Source of the DNA: an uncultured delta proteobacterium
Lineage (GTDB): Bacteria > Myxococcota_A > Polyangia > Polyangiales > B10-G4
Direction of reading: 5' to 3'
Length of the DNA stretch: 64,000 nt
Assembly (NCBI GenBank): GCA_963727445.1
Contig: CAVSGI010000010.1
Span: 1,376,001 to 1,440,000, forward strand
The first letter of the stretch is position 1; each line of letters begins with the position of its first letter. The notes under the pieces are model-generated. The model was not told where the DNA came from and ran no database searches. It was given only the letters and a program-made list of their open reading frames with translations. Position numbers and translations under genes: made by a program. Shown piece after piece: positions 36,989-46,682 of this stretch.

Positions 36989-38557
36989 GTGGGGAATCTC
37001 GCTGCCGATCTCGGGGCCGTGGCCGATGAAGTGCGCCAGACGCACATCTCGTGGGTCTTTCTCGCGGGCGACGACGTCTACAAGGTGAAGAAGCCGGTCG
37101 ACTTCGGGTTCCTCGACTTCTCGACGCGCGACCGCCGGCGCGATGCCTGCGAGGCGGAGGTGTCGCTCAACCGCGAGCTGAGCCCGGACGTGTATCACGG
37201 CCTGATCCCGGTCGTGCGCAGCGAAGACGGCGAGCACAGCCTGGGCGGTGAGGGTGAGGTGGTCGACTGGGCGGTCCACATGCGACGGCTCAGCGACCGC
37301 GACCGCCTCGATCAGCGCCTCGCCCGAGGCTCGCTGAGCGACGAAGGCATCACCGAGCTCGCCTGCCAGATCGCTCGTTTTCACGCCGGCGCGCGTGCTG
37401 ACGAGACCACGGCCCGCTTCGGCGACATCGAGGTGATCCGTACGAACGTCGTGGAGAACTTCGCGCAGACCCACGACACGGTGCTTTCACACGTGACGCC
37501 CGAAGAGGCAGAGGAGATCGAGGCGTGGCAGCTGCGCTTCCTCGAAGAGCACGCCGACCTCTTCGCGGCGCGGGTGGCACACGGCCACGTCCGAGACGGC
37601 CACGGCGACCTCCGCCTCGAGCAGATCTATCTCCACGACGAGGGCGACGTGCGCATCCTCGATCGCATCGAGTTCAACGAGCGTTTCCGCTTCGGTGATG
37701 TCTGCGCCGACGTGGCATTCCTCTCCATGGATCTCGCATTCCGCGGGCGCGTCGATCTCGCGGAGCGCTTTCTCGCCGTCTATGCGCGCGAGGCGAACGA
37801 CTTCGACTTGTTTCCTCTCGTCGACTTCTACGAGAGCTACCGCGCCTACGTTCGCGCCAAGATCGCGTCCATGACCGCGGCGGACGAGGGCATCGACGAG
37901 GCGACGCGGACGCGGGCCGCCGACGAGGCGCGCCGCTACTACCTGCTCTCCCTCGCCGTCGAGCACGAGGCGATCATCCCGCCGCGGGTCGTCGCCGTGG
38001 GCGGTGTCATCGCCAGCGGCAAGAGCACCATCGCTGACCGCCTCTCCGCGATGCTCGGCGCTCCGGTGGTGGAGACCGATCGCACGCGCAAGCACATGCT
38101 GGGCGCGCGGCCCACCGAGAAGGTTCACGAGGGCTCGTGGAGCGGCGCCTACGACCCGGCGTTCACCGAGAAGGTCTACGACGAGGTCTATCGCCGGGCC
38201 GGGCAGGTGCTCGCTTCGGGTCGGCCGGTGATCCTGGACGCGAGCTTCCGGTCCGAGGAGATGCGCGCACGCGCCCTGAGGCTCGCGCGAAAGCACGGGG
38301 TCCCCTTCGAGCACGTCGAGTGCCTCTGCGATCGCGAGACCTGCCTGGCGCGCCTCGCCGAGCGGGCCAAGCACGAGAGCGTGAGCGATGGTCGCGCGGA
38401 GATCTTCGACGACTTCGTCACCAAGTACCGCTCGCCCAGCGAGAGCGAGCGCGGCTCCTTCGACGGATACCTGCGTCTGGACACGACCGCCCCGCTCGAG
38501 GAGAGCCTCCGCGTGCTCGGCGGGCACTTCCCGACCTGGGATGGCCTCAACGCCTGA
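36989..38557 (+). CDS. bifunctional aminoglycoside-phosphotransferase-like / P-loop kinase (Rv2004c-like)
   Basis: THISWVFL..YKVKKPV.FGFLDFS, HGDLRL, ILDRIEFN; Walker A GVIASGKST; GGAGG RBS before GTG 36989. Confidence 0.9.
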   Translation: MGNLAADLGAVADEVRQTHISWVFLAGDDVYKVKKPVDFGFLDFSTRDRRRDACEAEVSLNRELSPDVYHGLIPVVRSEDGEHSLGGEGEVVDWAVHMRRLSDRDRLDQRLARGSLSDEGITELACQIARFHAGARADETTARFGDIEVIRTNVVENFAQTHDTVLSHVTPEEAEEIEAWQLRFLEEHADLFAARVAHGHVRDGHGDLRLEQIYLHDEGDVRILDRIEFNERFRFGDVCADVAFLSMDLAFRGRVDLAERFLAVYAREANDFDLFPLVDFYESYRAYVRAKIASMTAADEGIDEATRTRAADEARRYYLLSLAVEHEAIIPPRVVAVGGVIASGKSTIADRLSAMLGAPVVETDRTRKHMLGARPTEKVHEGSWSGAYDPAFTEKVYDEVYRRAGQVLASGRPVILDASFRSEEMRARALRLARKHGVPFEHVECLCDRETCLARLAERAKHESVSDGRAEIFDDFVTKYRSPSESERGSFDGYLRLDTTAPLEESLRVLGGHFPTWDGLNA

Positions 38558-38579
38558 CGAGTCGCTCCGCTGAGGGACT

Positions 38580-39536
38580 TCAGCAGCCGTCGATGCACTC
38601 GGGCACGTCGACCTTCAGCGCGTAAGGCGGACAGCTGCCGGCGATGATGACCTCGAGCACGACCGGGATCGTCCCACCTACGTCGTAGCTCGTGAGGCAT
38701 GCGGAGGGCGGATCGGCGTAGTCCACCGTCACCGCCTGGGCCTCGGCGAGGTCGGTGGCGAAGTCGGCGTAACACTCGGCATGGGTGGGATCGGTGGGTG
38801 CAAAGGTCCCGACCACCCGCTGTGGATCCAAGCAGCCCGGCGACGTGCTCGCCTCCATGCTGGAGATCGTCACCGCTCCCGGGACACGCCGGTACACGCA
38901 CCCCTCTCCCGTCGTTTCGAGGGCCAGGCATTGTGGCGGGACGTCGAGGGGTGGATCGATCTCGAGCGCGACCGTCTCGGTGACGGCGAAGTCCAGGCCG
39001 CGAGCCGTCACCTTCAACAGGAAGTGCCAGCCGGTGGGGTCGTCCCAGGCGATCTGGTCGTAGATGATGTCCGTGTGGCCGTTCGCCCCGACCCGATGGA
39101 GATCGATGCCTTCGACCGGTGACCAGTCCTGAAGCCCATCCGCACCCCCGGGGAAATCGGGATCGGGGAGGTTCTCGAAGGTCACGCGCACGCAATCACC
39201 CTCGGAAGCGAGCTCGGAGGGAAGCACGACCTCGGGCGTGATCATGGTCCCGCCCTGAAAGCCCCACTGGAACGGGGCGTGACCGGTCGCGGCGTAAGCG
39301 GTGAAGACGTCGTCCCGCGTCTCTCCGACGAGCATGGGCGTGTCGACGGGGTCGTCCATGCTGTAGACGAGGCTGGCGCAGTCCATCGGACTGCCGTCGG
39401 GCAGGGGCATCGAGGTGTCGAGGGACGAGTCGACGACGGTCGCATCCCCGCCCCCGTCGGCCGGAGGCGAGGTGGCGTCGTCACCGCAACCGAGGAGCGC
39501 GGTGAGCGTCGCCGACAGGAGACGAAGCCGGTTCAT
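38580..39536 (-). CDS. hypothetical lipoprotein
   Basis: Lipobox LLGC followed by a D-rich linker; WGFQGG motif; start overlaps the upstream stop. Confidence 0.75.
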   Translation of the reverse strand: MNRLRLLSATLTALLGCGDDATSPPADGGGDATVVDSSLDTSMPLPDGSPMDCASLVYSMDDPVDTPMLVGETRDDVFTAYAATGHAPFQWGFQGGTMITPEVVLPSELASEGDCVRVTFENLPDPDFPGGADGLQDWSPVEGIDLHRVGANGHTDIIYDQIAWDDPTGWHFLLKVTARGLDFAVTETVALEIDPPLDVPPQCLALETTGEGCVYRRVPGAVTISSMEASTSPGCLDPQRVVGTFAPTDPTHAECYADFATDLAEAQAVTVDYADPPSACLTSYDVGGTIPVVLEVIIAGSCPPYALKVDVPECIDGC

Positions 39537-40795
39537 CCGCTGCACGAGTCGACCTCCGTGCTCTTTCTTCGGCGGCGGCGCCGCCTCTCGACGGTCAGCG
39601 CGAGCAACATCGCGATGCCGGTGAATGCGCCGCTGGGGGCCTTCGCCGCGCCGACTCGGCAGGCGCAGCCTCCAGCGCCGCGAAAGCTGGCGCCGGACTC
39701 GGCGCTGCCCGCGTCGCTCGACGCGGATGCTCCGTCCGCGCGATAGCCGCCATCATCGGCAATGGAGCCGTCGCGGCCGCCATCTCCGAAGCCGCCATCG
39801 CCAGAGCCGCCATCGGCGAAGCCACCGTCAGGCAGCCCCGCGTCCCCGGCGCCGGGCCCGACCAAGATTTCACATCGGTTGTTGTCGAGCATCGGGTCGT
39901 GAACGGCTCCGCTGCCGAAGGCGAGGAAGCGGTCGACCAGCGTCGGCGCGCTGTCGAATTGCAGGGTGATGGTCAGCTCCGCTCCCTCACCCGCTGGAAG
40001 GACGTCGGGGTAGACACACTGGACGATGCCGACGGGCGCGCCTTCGTCGGTGCAGGAGAACGGCGGATCGAAGCGCGAGGTGATGGTTGCGGTCGAGGGA
40101 ACCCGGAAGATGATCTGGGGACTGCTCACGTCGATCGTCGCGTTGTTCATCAAGCGGAAGGTGACGTCGACGGTGTCGCCGGCCATCACCTCACGGCCCA
40201 GCCCCGTGCATTCGAGCGAGACGTCGCCGTTCGCGTCGTCCCGAAGCACCTCGGTGACCACGCGATAGCCGTCCCAATCCCCGTCCGAAAGGGCGTTGAG
40301 GCGGTGAAAGAGCGTCCGCCTCCCCGGCATGAGCTGCAAGATGTCGCCCTCGGCCGAGGTGAGGCCGAGACCGCCGCTGCCATACGAGATGCCCGAGCGG
40401 GCGAAGTAATCATCCGACATGGCCATGCACACGTCCTCGGTGATGATACCCACGATCGGAGCGGAGAAGACCATGATGGCGTCGTTGTGAATGGGAAAGG
40501 TGTTGGGGTGCTGAAAGACGAAATAGGCGTCCGCCGCGTCGAGGGTTCGTAGGTTGTCGCAGGACGGCACCATATCGTCGTATCGCCCGACGTCCACGAT
40601 GCTGAAGGGGATCGCGGCGGGCGCGTCCAGCGAACCCTCGAAGAAGATCTCGGACACGTTCACCGGCCCGTACATGGGGTCGGGCGGGTCCATCTCCCGA
40701 ATGTCTCCTACGGTGAAGATCACTTCGGCAGACACGGAGGACGCCTGCAGCACCAAGGAGAAGAAAGCGAGGAGGGCGGCGAACCGAACGCTCAC
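39533..40795 (-). CDS. exported protein with DUF11-like Ig domain and MYXO-CTERM sorting signal
   Basis: Signal peptide (VSA-E); GDTVDVTFRLMN..DPMLDNN; DGG linker; GGCACRV + hydrophobic stretch + RRRRRRR tail. Start uncertain (40795-40828). Confidence 0.8.
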   Translation of the reverse strand: MSVRFAALLAFFSLVLQASSVSAEVIFTVGDIREMDPPDPMYGPVNVSEIFFEGSLDAPAAIPFSIVDVGRYDDMVPSCDNLRTLDAADAYFVFQHPNTFPIHNDAIMVFSAPIVGIITEDVCMAMSDDYFARSGISYGSGGLGLTSAEGDILQLMPGRRTLFHRLNALSDGDWDGYRVVTEVLRDDANGDVSLECTGLGREVMAGDTVDVTFRLMNNATIDVSSPQIIFRVPSTATITSRFDPPFSCTDEGAPVGIVQCVYPDVLPAGEGAELTITLQFDSAPTLVDRFLAFGSGAVHDPMLDNNRCEILVGPGAGDAGLPDGGFADGGSGDGGFGDGGRDGSIADDGGYRADGASASSDAGSAESGASFRGAGGCACRVGAAKAPSGAFTGIAMLLALTVERRRRRRRKSTEVDSCSG

Positions 40796-40878
40796 CGGAG
40801 GCAGAAACGACACGGGTCGATCATACACCTTCCGGGGACGTTCCCACGCGAGGATCGTCGCCGTCTGAGGTGCACCGT

Positions 40879-41769
40879 CTAAGGTGCAGGTGACTGTGTG
40901 TGTGCCCGCGCCACTGCCTCTGAGATCGTGGTGCAGTCGTCGTAGGGCAGGGAGAAACAACTCGTGCCGCGCATCGCCTCGCAGGCTCGGGTCGCCCCCG
41001 CCACGTCCCCGAGCTCGATGTAGGTGTGAACCAAAGTGTCCCCTGCGCTGCACTTCACGTAGTCCGAGGTCAGCGGGTTGTCGAGGATGTCCCCCGCGAC
41101 CGAAAGGCCGTCCTCGATCGGCCGATTGTTCAAGGACCGCAGCTGGCGCTCGGCGTAGCGATCGGCGCGAAACGGAAGCAGGAGCAGGCCCGTCGCGACG
41201 AAGATGGCGAGACCGATGGCGCCCTGCGTGAAGTAGACCCGGCGCCCGGGCTTGTTGCCCTCGCGACGGACGCGATCGTCGATCTCATCGATGCGTTCTT
41301 CACGGACGCGGTCGAGGGCCCAACGGATGACGCTCGGGTCACTGACCTGAAGCGGCGCGATGAGTAGCTCCTGGCCATCCGTGCCTTCGATCATGAGCAA
41401 CTCGATGTATCCGACGCCGCGCGCCTTGTGGCGTTTGACCTTCCGCGAGCCGGTGACGTCACGCCACTTCATGCCCCGCTCCCGAAAGAAGCCCACCCGG
41501 CGGATCTCGGTGTTGCCGATGTGGATGGTCTCGAGCAGCAACGTCCGGCTGATGAGCCACACCGCGGCAACCAAGAGGCCGATCCCAGGTGCGATGAGCA
41601 CATAGCCCTCGCCGGTGACGAAGGCGTCCACGATCCAAGCCGGCCCGAAGACCATCAGCCAGAACGCCATGAACCAGAGGCAGAAGGTCAGGAGGATCCG
41701 GCGCCCGCGATGAGGGCGGAGCGTGATCACCTCGGGGATCGGCGCGGGCTCGGCAGCGGTGCGATACAC
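40879..41769 (-). CDS. membrane protein with PH-like domain
   Basis: Two N-terminal TM helices, beta segment (IRRVGFF..MKWRDV), a third TM helix and a Cys-containing tail. Confidence 0.65.
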   Translation of the reverse strand: MYRTAAEPAPIPEVITLRPHRGRRILLTFCLWFMAFWLMVFGPAWIVDAFVTGEGYVLIAPGIGLLVAAVWLISRTLLLETIHIGNTEIRRVGFFRERGMKWRDVTGSRKVKRHKARGVGYIELLMIEGTDGQELLIAPLQVSDPSVIRWALDRVREERIDEIDDRVRREGNKPGRRVYFTQGAIGLAIFVATGLLLLPFRADRYAERQLRSLNNRPIEDGLSVAGDILDNPLTSDYVKCSAGDTLVHTYIELGDVAGATRACEAMRGTSCFSLPYDDCTTISEAVARAHTQSPAP

Positions 41770-41806
41770 GGGCGCGCGGACAGGGTAGCGCGCAGCCGAG
41801 GCGCCG

Positions 41807-42736
41807 TCACGACGCGTAATCGATCACCGGTCCGTAGGGAATGATCCCCGTCGGGTTCAGCTTCCGGTGACTGCCGAAGTAGTGCTCTTTGACCTCTTTC
41901 AGATCGAGCGTCTCCGTCATCCCGGGCATCGCGTAGATGCGCTTGGTGAAGGCCCAGAGATTGGGATAGTCGCGAAGGCGCTTCAGGTTGCACTTGAAGT
42001 GGAAGTGGTAGACCGGATCGAAACGGAAGAGCGTGGTGAAGAGTCGGATGTCGGCCTCGGTGAAGCGGTCACCCACCAGGAAATCGTGCCCGTCGAGCCG
42101 TGCCTCGAGCATCTCGAGGGACTCGAAGAGCTCCCGCACCGCCTGATCGTAGGCATGTTGCCGCGTGGCGAAGCCCGCGCGGTACACGCCGTTGTTGACG
42201 GTGCGATAGACCACGTCGTTGAGAGCGTCGATCTCCTCCCGCAGCGCCTCGGGATAGAGCTCCACCGACGCATCGCCCAGCGCATTCATCTCGGAGTCCA
42301 GCATCCGGATGATCTCCGAGGACTCGTTGTTGACGATGGTCTCCTTCACGCGGTCCCACAGCACCGGCACCGTCACGCGGCCGGTGTAGTCCGGCTTTGC
42401 GCGCGTGTAGATCTCGTGGAGATGACGCGACCCGTAGAGGTGGTCCGGCTTGTCCTCCGAGAACGTCCATCCGTTCTCGAGCATCAACGGCTCCGCGATG
42501 CTCACGCCGATGGCTGCGTCGAGCTTCTTCAGCTTGCGGACGATCAACGCTCTGTGCGCCCATGGACAGCCCCAGGCCACGTAGAGGTGATAGCGCCCGC
42601 TCTCGGCGGGAAATCCAGACGAGCCGTCGGCCCGAATCCAGTCCCGGAAGAGAGAGTCTTCTCGAACGAAATGTCCGTCGTGCTTCTCCGTGTCGTACCA
42701 GCGGTCGTGCCAGGTTCCTTCGATCAGCATTCCCAT
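41807..42736 (-). CDS. yqjG: glutathionyl-hydroquinone reductase (YqjG/ECM4-type GST)
   Basis: GRYHLYV..CPWAHR, YTGRVTVPVLWD, IVNNESSEI, NNGVYRAGFA, RFDPVY..HFKCN, NPTGIIP. Confidence 0.95.
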   Translation of the reverse strand: MGMLIEGTWHDRWYDTEKHDGHFVREDSLFRDWIRADGSSGFPAESGRYHLYVAWGCPWAHRALIVRKLKKLDAAIGVSIAEPLMLENGWTFSEDKPDHLYGSRHLHEIYTRAKPDYTGRVTVPVLWDRVKETIVNNESSEIIRMLDSEMNALGDASVELYPEALREEIDALNDVVYRTVNNGVYRAGFATRQHAYDQAVRELFESLEMLEARLDGHDFLVGDRFTEADIRLFTTLFRFDPVYHFHFKCNLKRLRDYPNLWAFTKRIYAMPGMTETLDLKEVKEHYFGSHRKLNPTGIIPYGPVIDYAS

Positions 42737-42780
42737 GACGCCGACTTAGAGCCAGGGCCGCGGACCGCAAGGGTGGGCGC

Positions 42781-45174
42781 TCAGCGCCCGAGCATGCGCC
42801 GCCAGAGCGCCACGTTCTGCCGGTGTCGCGCCGCGAGCGGCTCGAGGATGGCGGCGATGGACTCGTGCCCGCGAACCGCATCCCACGACGGGTTGTCCCA
42901 GAACCACGGATAGTTCTCGTTGCCGAGATAGATCGCACGACGCAGCCAAGCCGATGCTTCGTCCACGTCGCCGGCGACAGCGTGATACGTGGCGACGCGA
43001 TAGGCGGTCTCGGGGTCGCAATCCGCCGCCGCACGCACGCTCTCGCCGATGCACGCGGCCGCGCCCTTTCGGTCGCCGAGCGCCAGGCGACACATGGCGA
43101 GGGTGGGGTGGGCGATGCGGAGGTTGGGCTCGTCGCTGACCACCGTTTCGAGGATCTGAGCCGCCTCGGCGTAGCGCTCTTGCCGGAGGCGCAGATAACC
43201 GAGCGTGTTGCGCAGCAGCGGATGGCTCGGTGAGAGGGCGAGCCCCTGCTCGGCCTCCTCCACCGCAGCATCGATCTCACCGCGGTAGTGCAGGATGCGC
43301 GCGCGGTGATTGTAGACGACGTGCGCGTCGTGCGGGTTGAGCGAGAGCGCCGCGTCGAGCTGCCGTTGCGCTTCGCCGTAGACGCCGTCGAGCCGGAGCA
43401 GCGTGGCGGCGACCAGCCGGACGTCGAAGCTGTCGGCCGCCGTCTCGAGGAGGTGATGAACCGCGTGCTGCGCGCTGGACTTTTCGCCGAGCGACAGGAA
43501 GGTGAAGACGCGGAACACCTTGGCTTCGAGACCGCGCGGATCGATCGCTAGAGCCTCTTCGAAGGCGTCGCGGGCGGCGTCGAGGGAGCGCGAGTCCCCG
43601 AATCCGTTGCGCGCGTACTGGAGGTGCGCGACGCCGAGGCCCGAGCGCGCCGGGGCATAGCGGGGCGCCGCGGCCGTCACCTCCTCGAGGAGCTGGCGCG
43701 CGTCGTCGAGCTCCGCGCGCCGCCGCGTTCGCAGCATGAAGCTCGAGAGCTTCGCCCGGGCGCGGATGTACTTCTGTGAGAGCTCGGGTGAAAGGGCGCG
43801 CGTCGGCTCTGTCGCGGGCTCGGGGGCGAGGTCGCCCGAGCCTCTGAGCGACGCGAAGACCTCCTCGGTCACCGACGTCTGAAGCGCCGCGACGTCGAGC
43901 CGTTCACTCGCGAGGGTGTCTCCTGCTGTCACCGTCCCGGCCGCGATGTCGAGGAGCTGCCAGCTGAGCGCGAGCTGGTCGGCGCCGCGGGTCAGGCTCC
44001 CGCTGAGTAGATGGGTGACCCCGAGGCTCTTGCCCGCCTCGACGGGATCGCTCGGCAGCGACGTCATCGCCAGGAGCGACCCCGAGGGCCGCACCGATAT
44101 GCCGCCCAGGCGCGAGAGGCGGCCCGCGATGGCGTCGGCGATGGCGAAGCCGAAGTCGGGACCGGGCGCGGCCGCGCCCTCGCGCACGTCGCGGAAGGGC
44201 AGGACGGCGAGAGACAGCGCCGGCGCCTCGGGCTCGGCGCGATGAACCAACTCCACCAGCGCGCGCACCAGACGACCGGCCTTGGCGCCCGAAGCGGGGC
44301 TCGGCGCGGACGGCGCCACGGTGATGGCGCTCCCGTCGAGGGACAGACCGCGCATCACGGTCTTGAGCGCGTCACGGACCGACGCCGCCGAGTCCTGGCG
44401 CTCCTGCGGGCTCTTGGCGAGCGCACGCATCACGATCGCGCCGAGCTCTTCGGGGAGGTCGGGGCGGACGGTGTCGGCGGGCGTAGGCGTGGCGAACTGG
44501 ATCGAACGCGCGATCAGGCTCGGGTCCCCCGACGTGTCGAAGGGATGGCGACCGGTCAGCATCTTGTAGAGGATGACGCCCAGCGCGAAGACGTCGCTTC
44601 GTTCGCTCGAAGGCCTGCCGACGAACTGTTCCGGCGCCATGTAGCCGACGGTCCCGGCGGGCCCCGACGGCGTGGAGGTCACCGAAGCATCACCGCTCGA
44701 CGCGTCGTCACCGCGCCGCACGGCGAGGCCGAAGTCGAGGATCTTCACCATGCCGCCCTCGGACACCATCACGTTGGAGGGCTTGAGGTCGCGGTGCACG
44801 ATACCCAGCGCGTGCGCGGCAGCGAGCCCCTCGGCGATCTGCAGGCCCACGGAGAGCGCGAGCGGGATCGAGAGCGGTCCGCCGTCGACCAGCTCCGAGA
44901 GCGGCCGGCCCGGCACGTACTGCATCACGAGAAAGGCGCGGTCTCCCTCCTCGGACGCTTCGTAGATCGCGCACACGTTGGGGTGGTCGATCGCGGAAGC
45001 CAGACGGGCCTCGCGCAACAGCCGCGCTTTCGCCGCGTCGCCGGAGGCCTTGAGGGTCTTGAGGACCACGGAGCGCAGCAGATGCGTGTCGTAGGCGTGC
45101 TCGGCGACGCCGTGAGCGCCGGCGGACAGGCGCCGGATCACCTCGTACCGTCCACCACCACGCCGCGTGCTCAC
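42781..45174 (-). CDS. cytoplasmic Ser/Thr kinase with TolB-like domain and TPR repeats
   Basis: HPNVC, HRDLKPSN, DFG, YMAPEQ; SLAVLPF motif; C-terminal TPRs. Confidence 0.92.
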   Translation of the reverse strand: MSTRRGGGRYEVIRRLSAGAHGVAEHAYDTHLLRSVVLKTLKASGDAAKARLLREARLASAIDHPNVCAIYEASEEGDRAFLVMQYVPGRPLSELVDGGPLSIPLALSVGLQIAEGLAAAHALGIVHRDLKPSNVMVSEGGMVKILDFGLAVRRGDDASSGDASVTSTPSGPAGTVGYMAPEQFVGRPSSERSDVFALGVILYKMLTGRHPFDTSGDPSLIARSIQFATPTPADTVRPDLPEELGAIVMRALAKSPQERQDSAASVRDALKTVMRGLSLDGSAITVAPSAPSPASGAKAGRLVRALVELVHRAEPEAPALSLAVLPFRDVREGAAAPGPDFGFAIADAIAGRLSRLGGISVRPSGSLLAMTSLPSDPVEAGKSLGVTHLLSGSLTRGADQLALSWQLLDIAAGTVTAGDTLASERLDVAALQTSVTEEVFASLRGSGDLAPEPATEPTRALSPELSQKYIRARAKLSSFMLRTRRRAELDDARQLLEEVTAAAPRYAPARSGLGVAHLQYARNGFGDSRSLDAARDAFEEALAIDPRGLEAKVFRVFTFLSLGEKSSAQHAVHHLLETAADSFDVRLVAATLLRLDGVYGEAQRQLDAALSLNPHDAHVVYNHRARILHYRGEIDAAVEEAEQGLALSPSHPLLRNTLGYLRLRQERYAEAAQILETVVSDEPNLRIAHPTLAMCRLALGDRKGAAACIGESVRAAADCDPETAYRVATYHAVAGDVDEASAWLRRAIYLGNENYPWFWDNPSWDAVRGHESIAAILEPLAARHRQNVALWRRMLGR

Positions 45175-45208
45175 GTCGCCGACTCTACGCGATCCTCGGA
45201 GCCGATGC

Positions 45209-46612
45209 TCAAGAGGCTTTGAGCCGAACCGGCAGAACGCAAACCGGATGCTCCGCCATCAGCTCGTCGCCACGGCGCACCTGTACCGACCAACGCACCG
45301 AGTGTCGTCCGTCGACGAGCGTCGGCATCTCGTCCGCCGGGAGATCCAGCCAAGCTTCGAGCCTTCCCTCGCCTCGGGGGGAGAGCTGCGCCGGAATGCG
45401 CCGCACGATGTCGCGCGCCGGGGCGGTGACGTCCGCAGAGGTCGCGCGCTCGTGCCGGACCAACTCGGCGCGGTAGTGGGTGCCGTCCGCCTCGGGAACG
45501 CGAACGCGGATGTGTACGGCGTCGGCGAGGGCAACGGCCGCCGACACGCGCATCCGAACGCGGCACCGTTCGAAAGGCGCGTCGCGCTCGTCACGGCGCG
45601 GCCGGAAGTGCTCCCACGCCATGAGCGAGATGATCGCGGCAGCGAGGGTCACCACCGGACCGGCGCCTGGCGGCATCGGGAGGAGCAGCGCGAGGGCGAT
45701 GCCGAGCGCGAAGATCGAAGCCGAGCCCAGCACCGCGAATCGCTCACGACGTCGCGCGCCCGGCAGAACGTGCATCCCCTCGGCCCACAAGCGCGACAAG
45801 GACTTTCCGAGGTGTCGCTCGGTCAGGAGATCGGGCACGTCGCCCGGCAACAGCCCGTCGAAGAGGCCGCGCGCCGGCGTCTCGGGCGGGGACGCGTCGC
45901 GGTAGCCGCCGACGCGCGTCTGCGGGCGCCGCGCATGGATGGTGCGTGGCTCCACCGAGAGCTCGGTTCCCACCGACGCGCTCTCACCGCGGCGGTAGGC
46001 GATCGCCGCCTCGACGCGATGGGACACGCCCACCAGCTCTCCGCGGCCGGAGATGGGGTGACGGGGCGCGGTCAACACGAAACGACCATCCTCACCGACG
46101 CGAACCCGCGGACCGAGGATCTCACGCCGGGGGCCACCGCCGACGGGCTCGATGGAGGATCGGACGCGCACGTGCGCGTCGCGTACCGCGCGAGCGGCGG
46201 ACAAGACCAGGCGTCCCCGTATCGGCGTGCCCGCTTCGACCGAAGCGCGACCGAGCACCACCTGCGGCGGCATCTCGACGACTGGAAAGACGCTCGGCTC
46301 GAGGAGGCTTCGCTCGTACGAGCCGTCGAGCTCGAGGCCGCAGCGCCGACAGCGCGGCTTCTGCGACGACAGCCCGAGGATGGGCCCGGCGGCCGACGCG
46401 AAGATCATCATCAACGGCAGTGAGAACATGTAGTCCCACATGAAGAACGGATAGATCACCGCCCAGGTGAAGAGGCCGAGGATCCAGGCCGCGCGAATCG
46501 CTTTCCATCCGCGCCAGGGATCGGCGGTGCGCACCTCGCGCTCGCATCGTGGGCAGTGGCGACCGGCCTTCTCATCATGAAGCGTCCGATCCTCCCTACT
46601 GCCGTATGCCAC
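45209..46612 (-). CDS. hypothetical membrane protein with split Zn-ribbon
   Basis: CPRC..two TM helices..CRRCG, then beta-rich domains separated by two more TM helices. Start uncertain. Confidence 0.6.
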   Translation of the reverse strand: MAYGSREDRTLHDEKAGRHCPRCEREVRTADPWRGWKAIRAAWILGLFTWAVIYPFFMWDYMFSLPLMMIFASAAGPILGLSSQKPRCRRCGLELDGSYERSLLEPSVFPVVEMPPQVVLGRASVEAGTPIRGRLVLSAARAVRDAHVRVRSSIEPVGGGPRREILGPRVRVGEDGRFVLTAPRHPISGRGELVGVSHRVEAAIAYRRGESASVGTELSVEPRTIHARRPQTRVGGYRDASPPETPARGLFDGLLPGDVPDLLTERHLGKSLSRLWAEGMHVLPGARRRERFAVLGSASIFALGIALALLLPMPPGAGPVVTLAAAIISLMAWEHFRPRRDERDAPFERCRVRMRVSAAVALADAVHIRVRVPEADGTHYRAELVRHERATSADVTAPARDIVRRIPAQLSPRGEGRLEAWLDLPADEMPTLVDGRHSVRWSVQVRRGDELMAEHPVCVLPVRLKAS

Positions 46613-46682
46613 TACACCAAGCTTGAAACGACCCCACCCGCGCGGCAAGCCGAGGTAGGGTGCACGCCGAAGGCCGTCGCGC

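Noticed and set aside
33938..37474. 1178-aa ORF as a single giant ATPase
   Set aside because: Its N-terminus is antisense of the 36989 gene and its C-terminus is off-frame after about 34850, overlapping the vWA gene.
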